The notes under the pieces were generated by a model. It worked only from the letters and a program-made list of their open reading frames with translations. It was not told the origin of the DNA and did not search any database. The position numbers were made by a program, and so were the translations under genes. This document shows positions 1-4,796 of a stretch of 4,796 nt of DNA, one piece after another. How positions within the stretch are numbered: position 1 is the first letter of the stretch; the number at the start of each line of letters is the position of its first letter. The DNA is taken from IMG/VR virus record IMGVR_UViG_2534682164_000007; one strand, 5' to 3'. Origin of the DNA: a virus. Its lineage: Duplodnaviria; Heunggongvirae; Uroviricota; Caudoviricetes.

Positions 1-102
1 GACCAGCTACGTCGCTGGACATATGCTGGCGGTAAGCAATGGAAAGGGCTGATGACCCGTCGTGAGATTGAGCGTGAAGTCTGTTTGTGGGGGCAGCAAT
101 GA
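1..102 (+). CDS. R: Phage endolysin (lambda R-like), C-terminal fragment; 5' end lies outside the window
   Basis: Frame 1 is open from base 1 to TGA at 100-102 and translates [33 protein letters not shown]. The stop overlaps the Rz start (ATGA at 99-102), as in the lambda R/Rz junction. Identity rests on position directly upstream of Rz and my recollection of the lambda R C-terminus. Confidence 0.7.
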
Positions 103-563
103 GCAGAGTCACCGCGATTATCTCCGCTCTGGTTATCTGCATCATCGTCTGCCTGTCATGGGCTGTTAATCATTACCGTGATAACGCCATTACCTACAAA
201 GAGCAGCGCGACAAAAACGCAAGAGAACTGAAGCTGGCGAACGCAACCATTACTGACATGCAGCAGAGACAGCGTGATGTTAATGCACTCGATGCTAAAT
301 ACACGAAGGAGTTAGCTGATGCGAAAGCTGAAAATGAAACTCTGCGCGCTGATGTTGCCGCTGGTCGTCGTCGGTTGCACATCAAAGCAGTCTGTCAGTC
401 AGTGCGTGAAGCCACCACCGCCTCCGGCGTGGATAATGCAACCAGCCCCCGACTGGCAGACACCGCTGAACGGGATTATTTCACCCTCAGAGAGCGGCTG
501 ATGACGATGCAGATGCAACTGGAAGGGGCACAGGAGTATATCCGCACTCAGTGCATTAAGTAG
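99..563 (+). CDS. Rz: Rz i-spanin (inner-membrane spanin subunit, type II membrane protein)
   Basis: From ATG 99 the ORF reads [34 protein letters not shown]..., an N-terminal TM anchor followed by a charged coiled-coil-like periplasmic domain, which from memory is near-identical to lambda Rz. A G-rich SD-like run (GGGGG, 89-93) precedes ATG 99. The track's GTG 87 start adds MGAA and is less likely. Stop TAG at 561-563. Confidence 0.9.
319..501 (+). CDS. Rz1: Rz1 o-spanin (outer-membrane lipoprotein spanin subunit), entirely embedded in the +1 frame of Rz
   Basis: 60-aa [63 protein letters not shown]. It has a signal peptide with lipobox (VVGC), a proline-rich mature region, and its own SD (AGGAG at 307-311, 7 nt before ATG 319). 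From memory it closely matches lambda Rz1. Confidence 0.85.
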   Translation: MRKLKMKLCALMLPLVVVGCTSKQSVSQCVKPPPPPAWIMQPAPDWQTPLNGIISPSESG

Positions 564-605
564 CCTTTTTATCGTGGTAAACATTTCGCAGGGTATGAGG
601 TATTT

Positions 606-956
606 ATGCCATCACTAATCCCACGTGCCTGCCGTAAGCGTGGATGTGCAGGTACAACCACAGACAGTTCGGGTTACTGCGATAAACATCGCGGTGAAGG
701 CTGGGTGCAGCACCAGCGCGGACTGAGCCGCCACCAGCGTGGCTATGGCTCAAAATGGACGGTGATTCGTGCCCGTATTCTGAAGCGCGATAAAGGTCTG
801 TGTCAGTTGTGTCTGCGTGTCGGTGTGGTGAGCGAGGCGAAAACCGTCGACCACATCATCCCGAAAGCGCATGGCGGAACAGACGCAGACAGCAACCTGC
901 AGAGTCTGTGCTGGCCCTGCCATAAAGCGAAAACAGCGCGCGAACGAATCCGGTGA
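606..956 (+). CDS. HNH endonuclease (small phage HNH protein of the type associated with terminase/cos cleavage)
   Basis: 116-aa ORF with an N-terminal Cys-rich stretch (CRKRGCAGTTTDSSGYCDKH) and a C-terminal HNH motif (VDHIIPKAHGGTDADSNLQSLCWPCHKAKT, with a second Cys pair). SD-like GAGG at 596-599 precedes ATG 606. Size and position just upstream of the terminase genes match HK97 gp74-type HNH proteins. Confidence 0.88.
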   Translation: MPSLIPRACRKRGCAGTTTDSSGYCDKHRGEGWVQHQRGLSRHQRGYGSKWTVIRARILKRDKGLCQLCLRVGVVSEAKTVDHIIPKAHGGTDADSNLQSLCWPCHKAKTARERIR

Positions 957-978
957 TAATTATTCTCACTTGTAGGGA

Positions 979-1038
979 GGGGCGGGGCAAATCCCTGTGA
1001 CCTGACGTCTTCCGGACTGCCCGCCCCATCGTTTTTTT
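979..1038 (+). other. GC-rich imperfect inverted repeat plus T-tract in the HNH–terS intergenic region; candidate cos/terminase-recognition element or atypical terminator
   Basis: GGGGCGGGGCA (979-989) pairs with TGCCCGCCCC (1018-1027) as a ~10-bp stem with one bulged G and a ~28-nt loop containing the short palindromes GACGTC and TCCGGA. A T7 run follows at 1032-1038 after a 4-nt spacer. The long loop and spacer are not ideal for a classic intrinsic terminator. Confidence 0.35.
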
Positions 1039-1077
1039 ATACCCGCGAAAAATGAAATTTAACCAGGAGTGCCGCAT

Positions 1078-1572
1078 ATGGCTGGAACGGCGGGGCGTTC
1101 CGGGCGTCGCCCCAAGCCAACGGCGCGCAAGGCGCTGGCCGGAAACCCCGGCAAGCGAGCCCTGAACAAAGATGAACCTGTTTTTACGCCCATCAAAGGT
1201 GTTGAGCCACCAGAGTGGTTCGCTGAAGAAGATCTCCCTCTCGCCACGATCATGTGGCAACTGACAACCAAAGAACTCTGCGGTCAGGGCCTGCTGTGCG
1301 TGACTGACCTGGCGGTACTTGAGCGGTGGTGCGTGGCCTATGAGTTCTGGCGACGTGCCGTGAAAAATATTGCCATACAGGGCAACACCATCACCGGTGC
1401 AATGGGCGGCAGGGTCAAAAATCCGGAGCTGACCGCCAAAAAAGAACAGGAGTCCGAGATGAGCAGCACGGGGGCAATGCTCGGACTCGACCCCAGCAGC
1501 CGCCAGCGTCTGATTGGCCTGGCGGGGCAGAAGAAAGCCACTAACCCGTTTCTGAAAATTATCGAATCATGA
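1078..1572 (+). CDS. Terminase small subunit (P27-family-like)
   Basis: 164-aa ORF from ATG 1078, with SD AGGAG at 1065-1069 (8-nt spacing). The track's GTG 1069 start overlaps the SD and is rejected. It has a basic N-terminus ([31 protein letters not shown]), has typical small-terminase size, and sits immediately upstream of, and is translationally coupled to, the large subunit (ATGA overlap at 1569-1572). Confidence 0.85.
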   Translation: MAGTAGRSGRRPKPTARKALAGNPGKRALNKDEPVFTPIKGVEPPEWFAEEDLPLATIMWQLTTKELCGQGLLCVTDLAVLERWCVAYEFWRRAVKNIAIQGNTITGAMGGRVKNPELTAKKEQESEMSSTGAMLGLDPSSRQRLIGLAGQKKATNPFLKIIES

Positions 1573-3302
1573 GCCGGAAATCTTACCCCAACGTAAATGC
1601 TGCAAATCAGTATGCCCGGGATGTCGTGCGCGGAAAGATTGTTGCCTGCCAGTTTGTGATTCAGGCCTGCCAGCGCCATCTTGATGACCTGATGGCGGAA
1701 AAAAGTAAGTCGTTTCGTTACCGCTTCGACAAGGACCTGGCTGAACGGGCCGCGAAATTTATTCAGCTGTTGCCGCACACCAAGGGGGAGTGGGCATTCA
1801 AACGGATGCCCATCACGCTGGAGCCGTGGCAGCTATTTGTGATCTGCTGTGCGTTTGGCTGGGTCAATAAAGGCACCCGGTTGCGCCGCTTCCGGGAGGT
1901 GTACACCGAAATCCCCCGTAAGAACGGCAAATCAGCAATCTCTGCCGGTGTTGCCCTGTATTGTTTTGCCTGTGATAACGAGTTTGGCGCGGAAGTGTAT
2001 TCCGGTGCCACGACAGAGAAACAGGCGTGGGAAGTCTTTCGCCCGGCGCGACTGATGTGTAAACGCACACCCATGCTGACGGAAGCGTTCGGGATTGAGG
2101 TTAACGCCTCAAACATGAACCGTCCGGAGGATGGCGCGCGGTTTGAACCGCTGATCGGCAACCCAGGTGATGGTTCATCACCCCACTGTGCCGTGGTTGA
2201 TGAATATCACGAGCATGCCACCGATGCGCTTTATACCACAATGCTTACCGGGATGGGGGCGCGACGTCAGCCACTGATGTGGGCCATCACCACCGCCGGG
2301 TACAACATTGAGGGGCCGTGCTACGACAAGCGGCGGGAAGTCATCGAGATGCTCAACGGCTCGGTGCCTAACGATGAACTGTTCGGGATCATCTATACCG
2401 TTGATGAAGGTGACGACTGGACCGGCCCGCAGGTGCTGGAAAAAGCCAATCCAAATATTGGCGTGTCGGTTTATCGCGAATTTTTGTTAAGTCAGCAGCA
2501 GCGTGCGAAAAATAACGCCCGTCTGGCAAACGTCTTTAAAACAAAACACCTCAATATCTGGGTGTCGGCGCGTTCGGCGTATTTCAACTTGGTGAGCTGG
2601 CAGAGCTGCGAGGATAAATCACTGACCCTTGAGCAGTTCGAGGGGCAGCCGTGCATTCTGGCCTTTGACCTGGCGCGTAAGCTGGATATGAACAGCATGG
2701 CGCGACTTTATACCCGCGAGATTGACGGTAAAACGCATTACTACAGTGTGGCCCCGCGTTTCTGGGTACCGTATGACACGGTGTACAGCGTCGAGAAAAA
2801 TGAAGATCGACGGACAGCCGAACGCTTTCAGAAATGGGTGGAAATGGGCGTTCTGACCGTTACCGATGGTGCGGAGGTGGATTATCGCTACATCCTCGAG
2901 GAGGCCAAAGCGGCGAACAAAATCAGCCCGGTCAGTGAGTCACCCATCGACCCCTTCGGGGCGACCGGGTTGTCACATGACCTTGCTGATGAAGACCTGA
3001 ATCCCGTCACTATCGTCCAGAACTTCACCAATATGTCCGATCCGATGAAAGAGCTGGAAGCAGCGATTGAATCGGGACGTTTTCATCATGACGGCAATCC
3101 CATCATGACCTGGTGTATCGGCAACGTGGTCGGCAAAAACATGCCGGGTAACGATGATGTGGTGAAACCCGTCAAAGAGCAGGCGGAAAACAAAATCGAT
3201 GGTGCAGTTGCGCTGATTATGGCGGTTGGCAGAGCCATGCTGTACGAGAAAGAAGACACGCTGTCTGACCACATTGAGTCCTACGGGATCCGCTCGCTTT
3301 AA
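1569..3302 (+). CDS. Terminase large subunit (ATPase plus nuclease; HK97/Terminase_1-like)
   Basis: 577-aa uninterrupted ORF. It has a deviant Walker A P-loop ([14 protein letters not shown], nt ~1909-1950) and a Walker B-like hydrophobic stretch ending in DE ([10 protein letters not shown]). The C-terminal half carries acidic residues consistent with an RNase H-like nuclease domain ([11 protein letters not shown]...). Size and position between terS and portal fit. Confidence 0.92.
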   Translation: MSRKSYPNVNAANQYARDVVRGKIVACQFVIQACQRHLDDLMAEKSKSFRYRFDKDLAERAAKFIQLLPHTKGEWAFKRMPITLEPWQLFVICCAFGWVNKGTRLRRFREVYTEIPRKNGKSAISAGVALYCFACDNEFGAEVYSGATTEKQAWEVFRPARLMCKRTPMLTEAFGIEVNASNMNRPEDGARFEPLIGNPGDGSSPHCAVVDEYHEHATDALYTTMLTGMGARRQPLMWAITTAGYNIEGPCYDKRREVIEMLNGSVPNDELFGIIYTVDEGDDWTGPQVLEKANPNIGVSVYREFLLSQQQRAKNNARLANVFKTKHLNIWVSARSAYFNLVSWQSCEDKSLTLEQFEGQPCILAFDLARKLDMNSMARLYTREIDGKTHYYSVAPRFWVPYDTVYSVEKNEDRRTAERFQKWVEMGVLTVTDGAEVDYRYILEEAKAANKISPVSESPIDPFGATGLSHDLADEDLNPVTIVQNFTNMSDPMKELEAAIESGRFHHDGNPIMTWCIGNVVGKNMPGNDDVVKPVKEQAENKIDGAVALIMAVGRAMLYEKEDTLSDHIESYGIRSL

Positions 3303-3313
3303 CTGAGGTAATT

Positions 3314-3496
3314 ATGATCATGCTGATTCTCGCGCCTCTGGTGGGCGTGCTGGGTGCGCTTTTGCTGGCGTATGGTGCCTGGCTGATTTATCCCCCGGCG
3401 GGTTTTGTTGTTGCCGGGGCGCTGTGCCTGTTCTGGTCGTGGCTGGTGGCGCGATATCTCGACCGTACACGGCAGTCTGTCGGCGGAGGTAAATAG
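3314..3496 (+). CDS. Small hypothetical membrane protein (60 aa, two predicted TM helices, charged C-terminus)
   Basis: [67 protein letters not shown] at 3305-3308 lies 5 nt before ATG 3314 (an alternative ATG is at 3320). It has host-like codon choice, fits exactly between the terL stop (3302) and the portal start, and its stop TAG 3494-3496 overlaps the GTG at 3496. Function cannot be assigned from sequence. Confidence 0.6.
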   Translation: MIMLILAPLVGVLGALLLAYGAWLIYPPAGFVVAGALCLFWSWLVARYLDRTRQSVGGGK

Positions 3497-4652
3497 TGTT
3501 CTTTTCGGGATTATTTCAACGAAAAAGCGATGTGCCGGTGACCACGCCAGCAGAACTGCTGATGCTATCGGGCTGTCATACGACACCTATACCGGAAAGC
3601 GGATCAGTAGCCAGCGGGCCATGCGCCTGACGGCGGTCTATTCTTGCGTCAGGGTGCTGGCAGAGTCTGTTGGTATGCTGCCCTGCAGTCTCTACAAAAT
3701 CAGCGGTACCCTGAAAACACGGGCGGTGGATGAACGACTGCATAAGTTGGTTTCGGCAAAACCTAATGGCTACATGACACCGCAGGAATTCTGGGAGCTG
3801 GTTATTGTCTGCCTGTGTCTACGGGGGAATTTTTACGCCTACAAGGTAAAGGCACTGGGAGAAGTGGTGGAGCTTCTTCCGATAGATCCGGGCTGTGTGG
3901 AACCGAAGCTGAACAGCCAGTGGCAGCCGGTTTATCAGGTGACGTTTCCGGATGGTTCCGTGGATGTGTTGACCCAGAATGAAATCTGGCATGTGCGCAC
4001 CCTGACGCTGGATGGATTTGTCGGGCTGAATCCCATTGCGTATGCGCGTGAGGCCATTTCACTGGCAGCGGCAACCGAGGAGCACGGTGCCAGGTTGTTT
4101 AGTAATGGTGCGGTGACATCCGGTGTGTTGCGTACGGAACAAAAGCTCACGCCGGATGCTTACGAGCGTCTGAAGAAAGATTTTGAGGAGTGTCACACGG
4201 GGCTTGGCAATGCTCACCGCCCGATGATTCTGGAAATGGGGCTGGACTGGAAGTCGATGGCGCTGAACGCCGAGGACAGTCAGTTCCTGGAAACCCGCAA
4301 GTTTCAGCTGGAAGAAATCTGTCGTCTGTTCCGGGTGCCGTTGCACATGGTGCAGAACACCGATCGCGCCACCTTCAACAATATCGAAGAGCTGGGGCTG
4401 GGATTTATCAACTATTCACTGGTGCCGTATCTGACCCGCATCGAACAGCGGATCAACACCGGACTGGTACGAAAAAGTAAGCAGGGCGTTTATTACGCCA
4501 AATTTAACGCCGGGGCGTTACTGCGCGGGGATATGAAGTCCCGTTTTGAAGCCTACGCCACCGGGATCAACTGGGGAATTTACTCTTCCAATGACTGCCG
4601 CGACCTGGAAGATATGAATCCGCGTCCCGGTGGTGTAATGCCGATCAGTTAA
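3496..4652 (+). CDS. Portal protein, HK97 family; N-terminal ~30 codons are in a different frame from the rest of the gene (apparent 1-nt indel near 3588), so possibly a pseudogene or a sequencing error
   Basis: The long ORF (frame of 3621..4652) encodes portal-like sequence (KRISSQRAMRLTAVYSCVRVLAESVGMLP..., 415 aa in the track). Its in-frame upstream extension to ATG 3405 overlaps the small membrane ORF by 92 nt and looks like non-protein read-through. A second frame opens at GTG 3496 and reads [31 protein letters not shown] before stopping at 3628-3630. The two frames join cleanly if one T is inserted after 3588 (P-YTGKRISS). The first in-frame ATG of the long frame after the upstream gene is 3621, with no clear SD. 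Confidence 0.85.
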
Positions 4653-4685
4653 GGATCAGTTGACCGATCCAGTGGCTGTGTAAGA

Positions 4686-4719
4686 ATCCGGAAACGCTCA
4701 CTTGTTTCCGGATTTTTTT
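4686..4719 (+). terminator. Rho-independent terminator-like hairpin downstream of the portal gene
   Basis: Perfect 10-bp inverted repeat ATCCGGAAAC (4686-4695) / GTTTCCGGAT (4704-4713) with an 8-nt loop, followed directly by a T-run through 4719. It lies 34 nt after the portal stop. Confidence 0.6.
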
Positions 4720-4796
4720 ATGCACATTGGACAGGCTCTTGATCTGGTATCCCGTTACGATTCTCTGCGTAACCCACTGACTTCTCTGGGGGATTA
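4720..4796 (+). CDS. 5' end of a downstream ORF (MHIGQALDLVSRYDSLRNPLTSLGD...), presumably the next head-morphogenesis gene; truncated by the window edge
   Basis: ATG at 4720 opens a frame that runs to the window end. There is no recognisable SD (the upstream sequence is the terminator T-tract), so the start is uncertain. Function is inferred only from position after the portal. Confidence 0.3.
   Translation, partial: MHIGQALDLVSRYDSLRNPLTSLGD

Noticed and set aside
87-563. GTG 87 start for Rz (158 aa, MGAAMSRV...)
   Set aside because: ATG 99 gives the canonical MSRVTAI... N-terminus, has a G-rich SD at the right spacing, and forms the ATGA overlap with the upstream stop. The GTG extension sits within the upstream gene's coding sequence.
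957-1077. Possible sigma70 promoter in the HNH–terS intergenic region
   Set aside because: There is no convincing -35/-10 pair with 16-18 bp spacing (a TTGTAG hexamer at 970-975 has no matching -10). Late genes are expected to be transcribed from the upstream late promoter by antitermination.
1052-1165. 37-codon ORF ([16 protein letters not shown]...) starting in the intergenic region and overlapping the terS start in another frame
   Set aside because: It has no SD, overlaps the terS RBS and start, and its sequence is dictated by the terS frame; it is likely spurious.
856-1260. 134-aa minus-strand ORF spanning the HNH 3' end, the intergenic region and the terS 5' end
   Set aside because: It is antisense to two well-supported + strand genes and crosses a GC-rich intergenic structure. 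The product is Arg/Gly/Ser-rich and low-complexity, typical of a spurious antisense frame in GC-rich DNA, and has no SD or start context.
1069-1572. GTG 1069 start for terS (MPHMAGT...)
   Set aside because: GTG 1069 overlaps the AGGAG SD itself; ATG 1078 is correctly spaced from it.
1338-2161. Minus-strand ORFs 1338..1778 (146 aa) and 1763..2161 (132 aa), antisense to terS/terL
   Set aside because: Both lie fully inside the strongly supported terminase genes on the opposite strand, have no recognisable motifs, and look like ordinary antisense open frames.
731-3441. Chi octamers: CCACCAGC at 731-738 (Chi on the minus strand) and GCTGGTGG at 3434-3441 (+ strand)
   Set aside because: Two sites in 4.8 kb is within the range expected for host-ameliorated E. 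coli-like sequence. Both fall inside coding sequence, and no function can be argued from sequence alone.
3802-4346. Minus-strand ORFs 3802..4074, 3935..4150 and 4059..4346, antisense to the portal gene
   Set aside because: These are antisense frames within the portal gene, with Pro/Ser/His-rich products and no independent support.
4190-4480. 96-aa + strand ORF in an alternative frame inside the portal gene, with smaller internal ORFs at 1849..2055 and 2308..2490 inside terL
   Set aside because: These are alternative-frame ORFs nested in well-supported genes, with low-complexity Gly/Arg/Ser-rich products and no start context.
3405-4652. Full-length 415-aa portal ORF starting at ATG 3405
   Set aside because: The first ~30 codons overlap the small membrane ORF by 92 nt in another frame and translate to Cys/Gly/Arg-rich non-protein-like sequence. 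The genuine N-terminus appears to be in the frame starting at GTG 3496.

Overview
This window is the late-region core of a lambdoid/HK97-like prophage from an enterobacterial host, with every supported gene on the + strand. In order: the 3' end of an endolysin gene (R-like), the nested spanin pair Rz/Rz1 (near-identical in my reading to phage lambda Rz/Rz1), a small HNH endonuclease, a 121-bp GC-rich intergenic region that is a candidate cos/packaging site, terminase small subunit (P27-like), terminase large subunit, a 60-aa two-helix membrane ORF, an HK97-family portal gene, an intrinsic terminator hairpin, and the first codons of a downstream ORF. The R–Rz–HNH–(cos)–terS–terL–portal order matches the layout of HK97-type cos phages. 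The most notable observations are: (1) the portal N-terminus reads in a different frame from the rest of the gene, implying a 1-nt indel (pseudogene or sequencing error); (2) an unexpected small membrane protein sits between terminase and portal; (3) the HNH–terS intergenic region has a long imperfect inverted repeat. No tRNA, rRNA, CRISPR or IS element is evident. All homology statements are from memory of family sequences and motifs, not from a database search.
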